Shown here piece by piece: positions 36,440 to 48,372 of a stretch of DNA of 64,000 bases. This stretch comes from Leucoraja ocellata. Its lineage: Eukaryota. Where the stretch lies: assembly GCA_036785375.1 (NCBI GenBank), contig JAWMAR010000070.1, positions 3,906,001 to 3,970,000 on the forward strand, given 5' to 3'. Within the stretch, counting starts at the first letter, position 1, and each line of letters starts with the position of its first letter. The position numbers were made by a program, and so were the translations under genes. The notes beneath the pieces were generated by a model. It was not told where the DNA came from, did not search any database, and was given only the letters and a program-made list of their open reading frames with translations.

Positions 36440-37910
36440 CAGTGGAGACGACAAAGTCAATCGCTGCCGAAACGTACCGTCAGATACATGGAGTTCTACG
36501 GTAAACATTGGGAAGGCCGTTAGATGTTGTAATTCCACATCTGTACCAGCCTGTATCGCCAGAGAGAAGATCCTCCACAGTCCACAGTAAATATTCCTCG
36601 TACCCGGTTATCTGTGATTGAAACTCTGCCTCTCCTTCCGTGTTGCCCAATTGTTTCCACCATATCTGTACATTGGCGATTCTGCACACGGCACCAGTAT
36701 TTTGTGTGTGAGCGGTACTCTGCTGCATAGTGACAATCGATTGTAAACGCACATTCCTACAACTGCTCTTACATACGGTTCTCCCCACACTGCACCTGAA
36801 ACTGAAGGGGAGAAACTTTCAGAAGGAGAGCAAATGAACAGTTTAGTGGAAATAGATACCTTTTCAAGATTCCATGAAAGAAAACTTAAATAGTTCCATG
36901 ATGTGTCATATTGCTTCACGGCCAATGTCTCCTGCCTGAAGTGCAGGCAGTGCTGTTATTGTAACCATTGTGTCAGTGTTCTGTCCCCGGGTCAGTACAA
37001 TTAGGGTTCACTTCCCACTCCAGATCCCTGAGCAGAAACTGGGCTTGGGGATCGCAGTGCGGTACTGAGGGAGCGCGGCAGTGTTGCAGGAGCTGCCTTT
37101 CAACAATCCCAGGCGGTGCCCGGCCTCTCACCCCACAGAAAGACCCCACTTTGCTATTTCATTGGGCGGTGACAATTTCTTCACAGCAGTTATCAGGCAT
37201 CTGAATCATCCTACCACGCCCAGAGATCTGTCCCTGAACTCCCATCTACCTCTTTGACGACCCTCGGACCACCCTTGATCGGACTTTGCTGCCTTTACCT
37301 TACACTAAACGTGATTTATTTTTCATGTATCTATGGCACTGTAGGATAATCGATTGTAATCCCTGTATTGTCTTTTCTGCTGGAGACGTCAATCAATCGC
37401 TGCGAAACGTACCGTCAGATACTCCGAGATGAACGTTAATATTGGATGGTCGGCAGATGTTGTAATTCCACATCTGTACCAATCCTGTATCTCCATCCTG
37501 AAGATCGTCCCACAGTCACAGTAAATATTCCTCGTGCCGGGTTATCTGTGATTGACACTCTTTCCACTCCGTCCGTGTTGCTCATTTGTTTCCACCAAAA
37601 CTGTACATTGGAGACTCATCCCAACGGCACCAGTATTTTGTGTGTGAGCGGTACTCTGCTGCATAGTAACAATCGATTGTGGTCGCTGTTCCCACAACTC
37701 CTCTTACATCCCACTTTGCCCACACTGCACCTGAAACTGAGGGGGAGAAACTTTCAGATGGAGAGCAATGAACTGTTTAATGGAAATAGGATACATTTTG
37801 AAGATTACTTCGTCATATAAACGACTTCATCGCCTCCAATGCATTCAGAACTCTGCAGCCCGGATCATCACCCGCACCAGATCATCGGACCACATCACAC
37901 CCATCCTCAC

Positions 37911-38110
37911 NNNNNNNNNNNNNNNNNNNNNNNNNNNNNNNNNNNNNNNNNNNNNNNNNNNNNNNNNNNNNNNNNNNNNNNNNNNNNNNNNNNNNNNNNN
38001 NNNNNNNNNNNNNNNNNNNNNNNNNNNNNNNNNNNNNNNNNNNNNNNNNNNNNNNNNNNNNNNNNNNNNNNNNNNNNNNNNNNNNNNNNNNNNNNNNNNN
38101 NNNNNNNNNN
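37911..38110. other. Assembly gap (exactly 200 N, probably a placeholder) hiding the 5' ends of genes C and D
   Basis: N run; gene orientation switches across it. Confidence 1.
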
Positions 38111-38338
38111 GAACCCAAGGACATAAAGGGTGGAATGGGATTGGGAAGGGGACTTAAATGATTAGCAACCAGGATGTCCAGGCTCGCTTGTGTAAAGGCC
38201 GAGGTCATATTGCGAGCACCGAAGTTCGCGAGGTTCGCGTGTACCTCTTCACAAGTCGAGGTACAAGGGTGCCAGAATGGGTGAGTCGTTTATATTCAGT
38301 TGTTGACTTTGTATCCATTGTTTGCTCCTTTCCCACAG

Positions 38339-38648
38339 AACCTGTGTCTGTTCCTGTGCTTGGATTTCTGTCATCAGCCAATGTCTCCTGTGTCGGAGGC
38401 TCAGTGACAGTGTCCTGTAGGTCTGAGCGGGGATCTCTTCCCATTAGCTACAACTGGTATGAAAATACCTTAAAGATCTCAAATAACAACAACCTGGGAT
38501 CTACGTTGTCAATACTTCAAACAACAAAGCCATCAATATTACTGCAAAGCCTCAAATAATCGTGGGACAGAGTCCAGTGAAATGGTTACTGTGGCAGTGT
38601 CCAACACCGGAGAGAATTGCAGTTATGTGGTGCATTTCGGTAAGAATG
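38339..38648 (+). CDS. Gene D C2-type Ig exon (one extra G at 38496-38498)
   Basis: CCCACAG acceptor; EPVSVPVL..SCRSERGSLPISYNW, then after removing one G LDLRCQ..YYCKASNNRG..NCSY; 310 bp vs 309 bp in frame; G|GTAAGT donor. Confidence 0.82.
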
Positions 38649-39207
38649 GTAAGTGCTGGAGGGTATGACTGAATCGTCAGTTTGATTCCTGGGATGTTTT
38701 GGTGTTATGGGAAACGATGGATTGGGGTGATTTTGAGGGCCCCACATGATTCTGAGAGGAAATACATGACGAGAGCAACTCCAGAGCCAATAAAATAATG
38801 GGAGACCCTTCTACCCCTGCAACGGACTGTTCCAGCTGCTACGGTCAGGCAAACGCATCCGTTGCCATGCTGTGAGAACGGAGAGGTTGAGAAGGAGTTT
38901 CTTCCCAGAGTCCATTCGAACTGTAAACTCCTATCTCACCAGGGACTAACTTTACTGAACCTTTTTCTTCCCCCCACAATATTTAACATGTAGAAGAATA
39001 TGTGATTCTGTTTGTAGTTTGTTTGGTTGTTTGTTTGTTTGTCTTTTTGCACAAAGTCCGCGAGCATTGCCACTTTTCATTTCACTGCACATCTCGTATG
39101 TGTATGTGACGAATAGACTTGAGTTGACTTGACGTTGAGAGGAATTCTCACAGAATTTGGAAGTATGTGGTTAGTGTCACTATAAGGATCCATTACTTCT
39201 GTCACAG

Positions 39208-39275
39208 ATGAGAAATTATTTTGTAAACTTTCAGACAAATGTTCACCAAATAGCCCCTTTATCCGAAAATTCAAG
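39208..39275 (+). CDS. Gene D putative stalk exon 1 (DEKLFCKLS...)
   Basis: TCACAG acceptor, AAG|GT donor, Cys at the same position as in the B/C stalk exon; 68 bp, so one base too long for phase 1 to 2. Confidence 0.4.
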
Positions 39276-40589
39276 GTGCTAACATTCTACCTCCAGCCAC
39301 GCAAGTTTACTTTAGAGATACAGGATAGAAACAGGCCATTCGGCCCATCGGGATAGTGCCAACCAACAACCAGCCGCACACCAGTTCCATCATACACCCT
39401 AAGGACAATTAACAGAAGCTAATTAACCTACAAACCTGCACATATTTGGAATGTGGGAAGAAACAAGTGCACCCGGAGAAAACCTACGCGATCACTTGGA
39501 GAACGCATAAACTGCATACAGACAGCACATGTACACATGATCGAAGCCGGGTCTCTGGCGATGTAAGGCAGCAACTTACCTCTGCGCCACCGTGCCGCCC
39601 TCAAAATATAATTCCCATTAGGACATTTCAATATTCTTTGCCAATCGATCAGTTGTCTTGTTACTATGGCAGCTCAGAAAGCCAGATACGAGTGGGCGGG
39701 AGCCAGTGACAGTGGACAATTGCTTAATCTGCGCATGCAATGTTTCTCTATCCATTATTTTTATAGTGATTATGGCGATCGAGTGATATAGTTGATAGTG
39801 ATGTTAATATACTTCATCCAATATGCCCCGGTGTCATGGAGAAATATAGTGTGGAAATAAGCCCTTCAGCCCAACTTGCCGACGCCTATTATCCACACCA
39901 GTCCCACCTCCCTGTGTTTGGCGCAAAACGTTCTACACCTATCCTATCCATGTATCTATCCAGATGTATTTAAACGTCGTGATCGTACTTGCCTCAACTA
40001 TCTCCTTTGGCAGATCTTTCTATACACCGACCACCATTTGGGCAGAAAAGGTGCCCCCCCCCCCACCCCCCCCAGGATCCTACTAACCCCCCTCCCCCCT
40101 CCCCCGATCTTAAACCTGTCATCTGGATCACTATTGAAGCTTGGGTCACGTTTCTAGTATAAGCAAGGCTAGCTCCCTGGTTGGAAATTTCCCTTGTGCT
40201 AGCACACGAGTAGACATGCTTTGCAGTGCCACCAATCTAAACAATTTCACCGTCCCAGCGGCATGTCTGCGTCCCCGCTACAGAGGGATAGGAATAAAGC
40301 AGAAATGATCAGTGAATGCGGGCGACACTCATATTTGGAAACCTCTCTCGTTTGATGCAAAAGACGGCCAATTACACTGAGGAAAAATCTCCTTATACCC
40401 GCAATGAATCAGCCCTTCCCCCAGGTAAAGATTTCCCATCTGCCAAATATGCTCGCTGGCGTGATTGTCCGGGAAGATCAAGTGAAAGTGAATTTTATTT
40501 TTTGTCTTAACAGACAATGCATATTCTTGTGCAACATCCACAACAGAAAAAATGACAAGTGCATCTTCTGCATTTTCAAATGTATCCAG

Positions 40590-40631
40590 CGACCGCCAAG
40601 AGGAAAACAGTGAAGTCCATTACCCAGAAAG
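40590..40631 (+). CDS. Gene D putative stalk exon 2 (DRQEENSEVHYPER)
   Basis: 42-bp open phase-2/2 exon, ATCCAG acceptor, AAG|GTACAG donor; matches the phase-2 start of the TM exon. Confidence 0.5.
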
Positions 40632-41743
40632 GTACAGCGTTTATCATTCGATTAGCCATGCTTCAAGAGAGCAAGATATAAATGGGAGGAGGAATTCCTA
40701 TTGACTTCAATGGGACCTGACGTTAGACGTCGGTATAACTGAAGCACCAGTACCCCTTGGAAGCCGGCCATACAAAGGCAAAATTGCCTCCCAAATTATG
40801 CAATAATTATTTTGGCATTAAAACGAGACAATCAAGCACTATTTTTCACCATAGTTCATTAGAATGGAAATGGAATCAATCGGAGCCGCTGATGCTGGTT
40901 TGTAGCAAAGATGGTCACTAAATAGTGAAGTTACTCTGCGGATCCGGCAACATATGTGCAGAAAATGTATAGATGTGGCAGCATCAGTATGTATCACTCT
41001 GCTGTGCTATGAATGTTGTTGGGAAATGAGATCATGTTCTTCTCGGGTCGTGTTCTGTGCAGTAGTCACAATGACTGCCCCACACTCACCTCACCCAAGG
41101 CTGTATTGGCCAAACTCCAACAATGTTTTGTTTGACCTGCTCTGGCGTGGCACCGATGGGGAAGTTCCTGGTGAATGAATGGCAAGGGCTTGGCCCTTGA
41201 TATCCTTTGTGAGCGCAACCCTGAAAGGTTGGTCAAAGCTTTCATGTCGATCACGGTAAATGGATGAAATGCCCGCATTCTTCAAGGTGACATCTGTGGT
41301 GGCCACATACAGGCACACTAAATGCCCTGAAAACATAATGGATGTCTTCTTCTGGATTTGTTAAAGATGTTCAACCATTGTGTTACAGAACAAATGTTGG
41401 CCAGGCACTCTGTATCTTTCAATTCGCTCCATCTATTCACACGGGTTGGGTTTGATTGGATTTATGAATGTATTTTCTGATTAGATGGCATAACATGCAA
41501 AGCAAAACGTTTCACGGTTCATCTGTACATGTGGCAATAACAAACCAAAACCAAACCCCAAACCTGATCATAAGCCACCTGCCTTGCATTTCCCACAACC
41601 CAACAATGCCGAAATGCATTTACTGGGCTAACCATATTCCAAGGCTCTGCAAGGAGCCGTAGAAATTATATATGTTTCTTCTCTAACAATAGTTAAAAAT
41701 CCGCTGTATTCCGAAAATTACTGTTTCTTTTTCTCTCCAACAG

Positions 41744-41835
41744 ACTTATTTTGATAATTGTTCTCAGTGGCACCGGGGTTCTGCTCGTTGTGGTCTTCGC
41801 TTTCCTACTATTGTATCTAAGGAATAGACACAGGG
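41744..41835 (+). CDS. Gene D uncharged transmembrane exon (RLILIIVLSGTGVLLVVVFAFLLLYLRNRHR)
   Basis: Long polypyrimidine tract plus CAG, 92 bp, G|GTGAGA donor; hydrophobic span followed by a basic stop-transfer cluster. Confidence 0.88.
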
Positions 41836-42196
41836 GTGAGATTCCACTTTTTCTTCATAACTTCAAGCTGTATGTGATAGTTTTTGACCAACTGGGAAGT
41901 CATTGGAATTTATTCCAGTCAACCAAGAACCAGAGTTTAGGTGTCCTTGTCTAGCCTAATGGAGCGTTAAAACTATGGAAGCGCCACTGCATCCGGGTGA
42001 CAGTACTGCTTAACTCCACATAGAAAAATAGAAAATAGACAATAGAAAATAGGTGCAGGAATAAGCCTTTCGACCCTTCAAGCCAGCACCGCCATTGAAA
42101 ATGATCATGGCTGATCATACAAAGTCAGTACCCCGTTTCTGCTTTCTCCCCACACCCATTAATTCCGTTAGCCCTAGGAGCTCAATCTAATTCTTT

Positions 42197-43240
42197 CACG
42201 GCGGAATCAGCTAATTTAATATCGTACCTATATAATATCATTTTAAACATAGAAATACCCACAACAGATGGAATTAGAAAAGATTGGGAACAAGAATTAG
42301 CTATAAAAATCTCAAAAGAGACCTGGGATAATCATTTATTACAGGTGCATAAATGTTCGATCAACGTACGACATACGCTCATCCAATTTAAAACATTACA
42401 TAGATTATATTATTCAAAAACTAAATTAAATAAAATCTTCCCTAATGTTTCACCAATCTGTGATAAATGCCTATGTCAAGAAGCTACCATAGCGCACTCT
42501 TTTGTTTTTTGTACAAAAATCCAAAAATTCTGGTATGAAATATTTGATATTTTTTCAAAATTGATCAAAATAAAACTGGTACCAAAACCAGAATGGATTA
42601 TCTTCGGAATATCGGAAGGTAACCCTGAATTAAACGTGTTTCAGAAGAATTTATTTAATTACGGGCTAATAATGGGAAAAAAGCTTATACTTAAATTCTG
42701 GAAAAATGCGCCGACACCAACAATAAAAATGTGGATATCAAATATGTTTGAAACATTACATCTGGAAGAGATGAGATTCCTCCTAGCAGGTAAAGCAGAC
42801 CAATTCCAAAATACGTGGTCTATGTTTCTGGACCTATTACAAGTATGAGGTGCAATAGTAATCTAAAAAAAAACAAATATATAAATAAGCGGAATCAGGA
42901 CCTGGTAACGGGAGGTAAAATAACAAAAACAGACTTGGTTGGTAGTCTCCTTTCTGCGGAGTTTAATGTTATAATAGAGCGATTGTTTCTATTTTCTCTT
43001 TCTTTCTTTTCTAGGGTTTATTTTCTCACTTTACTTCCTTCTCTAACTTCTTTCCTAAGGGGCTTTCTTTTCCTTACACTCTTGCACTGCACGACTCTCT
43101 TGCACTTTCTTTACTTTCCTTACTTCTACCTTTTTCTTAAAGCTCAAAAAAAAATGAAGCGGTACAAAAAATGTATTAAGATATATGTGTTGTGTAGGAT
43201 TGTAATTTACCGTACTTCTAATAAAAATAAAATTAAAAAA
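42197..43240 (+). mobile_element. L1-clade ORF2 C-terminal (zf-RVT) fragment with 3' UTR and A-rich tail
   Basis: IQFKTLHRLYYS..SPICDKC..H.F.FC.KIQKFW; inserted into a CR1 3' end. Confidence 0.88.
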
Positions 43241-43676
43241 ATAATAATAATTATTATTATTATTTCACATGACGGGAACTCAGCCTCAATATGGAGAGGA
43301 AAAGTTGCATCACAGCTATGAAGTTGGTTTGAAGTGAGATGCTGATAGTTTCTGTTGGAAGAAATTGTAGATGCTGATTTACACAAAAGATAGACACAAA
43401 ATGCCGGAGTAATTCAACGGGACAGGCAGCATCACCAGAGAGAAGGAATGGGTGACGTTTCGGATGGAGATCCTCCTTCAGACTGAGAATCAGGGGAGAG
43501 GGAAACTAGAGATACGGAAGGGTACAAAGAGCATGTAAGGCGTGAACAAGAGCAGATCAAAGCAGATGACGCTCATTGAAATAAGAATGTAACTGTATCA
43601 GAATGTAACGCATAGATGTTGAAACATGGCCTGTACATTGACATGGTCCTTACAACAATAGCATTGTATATTGCAG

Positions 43677-43723
43677 AATCCAAGTGCAACACACAACGCA
43701 GAGACAGGGCAAATGGAACCCAG
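43677..43723 (+). CDS. Gene D cytoplasmic exon 1 (ESKCNTQRRDRANGTQ)
   Basis: TTGCAG acceptor, CAG|GTAAGG donor; 47 bp, phase 1 to 0, links the TM and terminal exons in frame. Confidence 0.8.
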
Positions 43724-44197
43724 GTAAGGACATGAAATATGGATTCATTGAATGTTTAAATCTTTTCAAAATCAGGTTTTAGGGGACTACACAGGACATT
43801 CAGCCCCACCAGCCCTCCCCAGTATCCATGCTATACACAAACCTCCAAATACCTCTGTACATGGAAGCACATCAGCATATCCTTGCAATCCTTATTTTCC
43901 CTCTTGTGTTTTTCCAGACTTTACTTAAAAGCGTCCATGATATTTTACTTGACTAGTCATTGGAGTGACGTCAATCTTTAATTGCGATTGGCAGCTGCAG
44001 AATAAGTTTAGCCTTGTATCTAATGTTAGAGAAAGGCTTTGCTAATTGCTACACAGACGTGCCTCTTGTTCCCAAATATCCATGTGCAATCAGAAAAAAA
44101 ACTAGTCTGGGAAGCCAGTTGATTGATCAGTGGTCATGGTTTTTCATACTTTATTATCTCTTAAACCTGACCCCCTCCTGATATCTTAGCATTCATT

Positions 44198-45092
44198 ATG
44201 GTTTTGGATAATGAAGTAGATTTTCAAAGTCTACAGAGGGATTTATGTCAGTTGGAAGAGTGGGCTGAAAGATGGCAGATGGAGTTTAATGCTGATAAGT
44301 GTGAGGTGCTACATCGTGGCAGGACAAATCAAAATAGGACGTACATGGTAAATGGTAGGGAATTGAAGAATGCAGGTGAACAGAGGGATCTGGGAATAAC
44401 TGTGCACAGTTCCCTGAATGTAGAATCTCATGTAGATAGGGTGGCGAAGAAAGCTTTTGGTGTGCTGGCCTTTATATCAGAGCATTGAGTATAGAAGTTG
44501 GGATGTAATGTTAAAATTGTACAAGGCATTGGTGAGGCCAATTCTGGAGTATGGTGTACAATTTGGTCGCCTAATTATAGGAAGGATGTCAACAAAATAG
44601 AGAGAGTACAGAGGAGATTTACTAGAATGTTGTCTGGGTTTCAACAACTAAGTTACAGAGATAGGTTGAATAAGTTAGGTCTTTATTCTCTGGAGCGCAG
44701 AAGGTTAAGGGGGGACCTGATAGAGGTCTTTAAAATGATGAGAGGGATAGACAGAGTTGATGAGGACAAGCTTTTCCCTTTGAGAATAGGGAAGATTCAA
44801 ACAAGAGGACATGACTTCAGAATTAAGGGACAGAAGTTTAGGGGTAATATGAGGGGGAACTTCTTTACTCAGAGAGTGGTGGCGGTGTGGAATGAGCTTC
44901 CAGTGAAGGTGGTGGAGGCAGGTTCGTTTTTATCATTTAAAAATAAATTGGATAGTTATATGGACGGGAAAGGAATGGAGGGTTATGGTCTGAGCGCAGG
45001 TAGATGGGACTAGGGGAGAAACGTGTTCGGCGCGGACTAGAAGGGTCGAGATGGCCTGTTTCCGTGCTGTAATTGTTATATGGTTATATGGT
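44198..45092 (+). mobile_element. CR1 LINE 3' fragment with (TTATATGG) tail
   Basis: WQMEFNADKCEVLH, ERVQRRFTRM, FFTQRVV..WN motifs. Confidence 0.9.
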
Positions 45093-45950
45093 ATTAGCGC
45101 TGCTGTGAACAGTGTTTGTGGGGAAACATATACCAATTTACGTGCCACAACTGAACTTGATCACACTTGAACATTTGACAAATTAACTCTGTATTAGTGA
45201 CCACCAAGTTGAATGATGTTTTTGTCACATTAAATACATTGCGATAGATTTGTCAATTTCTTGCAAAATTTCAATGTTAACAGCAGCCTCTCCGCTTTTT
45301 GAAGCTAATTACTGAAGAGAGAATGCCACAATCTTCTGCTCTAAGCATGACAGCAGGAGCAGGGCTATAATAAATATCCCGAAGGAACTTCCATGGCTGA
45401 ACGATGATGAGGTTTGGTTTGGTTTGGTTTATTGTCACGGTGTGCAGTGTACTAGGTACCGTGAAAATCGTTGCATTCTGTGCTATCCAGTCAGGGGAAA
45501 GACTTTTCGTGATTACAAAGTACTCCGTCCACAGATACAAATACAGGATAAAAGGAATAAAGTTTAGTGCAGGATAAAGTCTACTAAAGTCCGATTAAAA
45601 ATAGTTCGAGGGACCCTAATGAGGTAGACGATAGTTCTGTGATTGTTGATAGGACAGTTCAGTTGCCTGATAATAACTGGGAAGAAACTGTCCCTGAATC
45701 TGGAGGGGCGCGTTTTCGCACTTTTGTCCCTCGTCGCAGCCTTTTTTTGGCAATGAATTCAACAGATTCACCACCCATTGACTAAAGAAATGCCTTCTCG
45801 TCTCCTTTCTAAAGGTACGTCCTTTTAGTCTGACACCCCCCACTAGTGGAAACATCCGCAAACTCGCTGTGTTATTGACTTGGAAGAGTAGACTACGCCT
45901 TCCGCCTTCCGTCAGATTGTAAATTGGATCTTCATTTTTGTTTCTGTTAG

Positions 45951-46268
45951 GAAATACCAACACGGCGAGAAAGAGCTGCTCGTGTGAACCTGCAGCATTC
46001 CCGAGACGACGAGGCAGCTGACCAGTTGGCCAACAATGACAGCGGGATCATGTATGCAGCCGTGCAGTTTCAAAGGCGATCGAGGATGGGACAGTCCGTT
46101 ACCAACAAAGACGACGTCATCTCACAAGGAAAGCATTCTGTCACCAGTGAGGACAATGTCACCTATGCAAATGTTAACTTACCAAGCCGTACCCGAAAGG
46201 GCAATGTCAGGTCCCCTGGCAACCTGCAAGATTCTGCACAGCCAATTTATGCCAGCGTTGTTTCTTAG
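45951..46268 (+). CDS. Gene D terminal exon with ITIMs (IMYAAV, VTYANV, C-terminal PIYASV)
   Basis: TTTCTGTTAG acceptor, phase 0, open to TAG; two (I/V)xYxxV consensus ITIMs and a third YxxV motif. Confidence 0.88.
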   Translation, partial: EIPTRRERAARVNLQHSRDDEAADQLANNDSGIMYAAVQFQRRSRMGQSVTNKDDVISQGKHSVTSEDNVTYANVNLPSRTRKGNVRSPGNLQDSAQPIYASVVS

Positions 46269-46746
46269 GGAAACTATTTATTGGAACTGTATTCTTTGCG
46301 GCCTTGTCTTCGCTCCTCTGTTTTATCAAGCTCCTGCGGCATAATCTATGCACATGCTAAATTTGGCAAGCTTTCACAAATTTATTCTTTCAAGTTGCAT
46401 CCCCTTTCCCAATTAGCCCATAATTGGCTAATGTATTCAATTGCCATTATTTTCAATGTCTTCTATCCATACGATAGTTGTCTAGTGGCGATATCCATCC
46501 TCACACACATTCCAACCTAATTCCTTCCATTGGTCTGGCTAAAAAGCTGAGATCAAAATCAAAAGTGTTTTATTGTCGCATGTCCCATACAGAACAATGA
46601 AATTCTTACCTGCAGCAGCATAACAGAATATATAAACATAGGACTATGTAAATAATTTAAACGATAAAAAGTTCAGTGTGTATGTGTAAGTATGTGTGTG
46701 ATATTTAATATATTATATTATAATATTATATCATATATCCGATATC

Positions 46747-47058
46747 NNNNNNNNNNNNNNNNNNNNNNNNNNNNNNNNNNNNNNNNNNNNNNNNNNNNNN
46801 NNNNNNNNNNNNNNNNNNNNNNNNNNNNNNNNNNNNNNNNNNNNNNNNNNNNNNNNNNNNNNNNNNNNNNNNNNNNNNNNNNNNNNNNNNNNNNNNNNNN
46901 NNNNNNNNNNNNNNNNNNNNNNNNNNNNNNNNNNNNNNNNNNNNNNNNNNNNNNNNNNNNNNNNNNNNNNNNNNNNNNNNNNNNNNNNNNNNNNNNNNNN
47001 NNNNNNNNNNNNNNNNNNNNNNNNNNNNNNNNNNNNNNNNNNNNNNNNNNNNNNNNNN
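46747..47058. other. Assembly gap (N run) next to an AT-rich repeat
   Basis: 312 N. Confidence 1.
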
Positions 47059-47149
47059 AAAATAAGCACACAATAATATTGCAAAAAGACAAAATTAATC
47101 CCATCCTAGTCTATGTCGGTCAGAGTTTATTTGGAGGTTATTGTGTTTA

Positions 47150-47370
47150 CTAACCTGATGGCTGTTGGGAGGAAGCTGCTCTGAAGCTAGTCATTATAGT
47201 TTTCAGGTTCCTGTACCGTCTTCCCGATGGTAGGGTTGAGATGGGTTCGTGGCCATGGTTGTGTGGGCCTCTGATCATGCTGGCTGTCCTTTTGAGGCAG
47301 CGATTCTTGTAAATCCCTGCGAGGGTGGGGAGGTGAGAACCATCGACGGAATGGGCAGTATTCACCACTT
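47150..47370 (-). mobile_element. Rex1/Babar-like LINE 3' fragment
   Basis: LP.L..IY..RCLKR..S.I..P.H.GH...STLPSGRRYR motif. Confidence 0.75.
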
Positions 47371-47580
47371 TTGTCGAATCTGTCTGTGTGGAGTTTGCAT
47401 GTTCTCCATGTGACCACGTTGCATTATGGTTACTGTATTGATCTCATCCTCAGATGAAAGTATTTCACTATAGTACCTATCATTTCCATCTATTCTATCA
47501 TTTACGTATGAAACCTGTCAGTTCAGACTTCTGCACAAATGACAGTAATCTAATTACTGGGTCCTCCAGTTTTCGTGCGG

Positions 47581-47662
47581 ATTAGATTAGATTAGATTAG
47601 ATTAGATTAGATTAGATTAGATTAGATTAGATTAGATTAGATTAGATTAGATTAGATTAGAT
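47581..47662 (+). repeat. (ATTAG)n microsatellite, 3' tail of the adjacent Rex1-like element
   Basis: About 16 perfect ATTAG units. Confidence 0.97.
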
Positions 47663-48372
47663 TCAACTTTATTGTCATTGCACAAATACGAGTACAGGTA
47701 AAACGAAATGCAGTTTAGCATCTAATCAGAGTGCAAAGTAGTAAAAATACTGGTTAAAACAATATGTACAATGTGGATGAATTAAACAAGTACATAGGCA
47801 AATAAATATGTACAGATAAAAGAGTATAAAAGATACCTAGCGTTGTGGGACTCTGAGTTCAGCAGTATAATGGTGTTATTGAAAAAGCTGTTCCTCAGCC
47901 TGCTTGTGCGAGACCTGAAGCTCCCGTACCGCCTCCCTGATGGGAGGAGGGCAAATAGTCCATGGTTAGGGTGAGAGGGGTCCTTAATGATTTTCCCGGC
48001 CCGTCTCAGACACGGTTTGCGGTGGAGGGCATCCATGGCAGGGAGCGGGGCACCGATGATGTGATGAGTGGTTTCCACCACGCGTTTCAGTGCCTTCCTG
48101 TCAGCTGTTGTGCAGCTGCTGTACCATACCGTGAAGCAGGTGGTCAGGATGCTTTCAATGGTACAGCGGTAGATGGTGGACAGGAACTGGGGGGGGGGGA
48201 CAGGTGAACTTTCTTAAGCCTCTTCAGAAAGTAAAGGCGCTGCTGTGCCTTTTTGATCAGTTTGGTGACATTGAGGAATCAGGACAGATCCTCTGAGATA
48301 TCTATCCCGAGGAATTTGTAGTTGGAGACGCGCTCCACCTCAGTCCCGTTTATGCGGATGGGGGTATGTCTG
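47663..48372 (-). mobile_element. Rex1/Babar-like LINE 3' portion
   Basis: IIGAPLP...RRAGKIIKDPSHPNHGLFALLPSGRRYGSFRSRTSRLRNSFF. Confidence 0.85.

Larger units (their letters stand above)
27204..37736 (-). pseudogene. Gene C: paralogue of gene B (V1 37413-37736, V2 36478-36801, V3 35529-35855, C2a 33689-34012, V4 32139-32461, C2b 30616-30941, stalk 29330-29378, TM 27204-27294); frameshifted as assembled
   Basis: Same exon order and introns as gene B; every Ig exon is 3-6 bp longer than in B through scattered 1-bp insertions; leader lost in the gap; may be sequencing error rather than a true pseudogene. Confidence 0.75.
150..37910 (-). repeat. Tandem segmental duplication with a unit of about 17.5-18.2 kb (genes A, B, C); 51600-64000 is an inverted relative
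   Basis: V2 exons at 722, 18897 and 36478; leaders at 4329 and 22440; intron and intergenic sequence colinear. Confidence 0.92.

Noticed and set aside
42815-43321. Hydrophobic 168-aa ORF (also 13084-13362)
   Set aside because: T-rich L1 3' UTR, not a membrane protein
47581-47662. (ATTAG)n as a telomeric or CRISPR-like array
   Set aside because: Not TTAGGG and no spacers; it is the simple-repeat tail of a Rex1-like LINE
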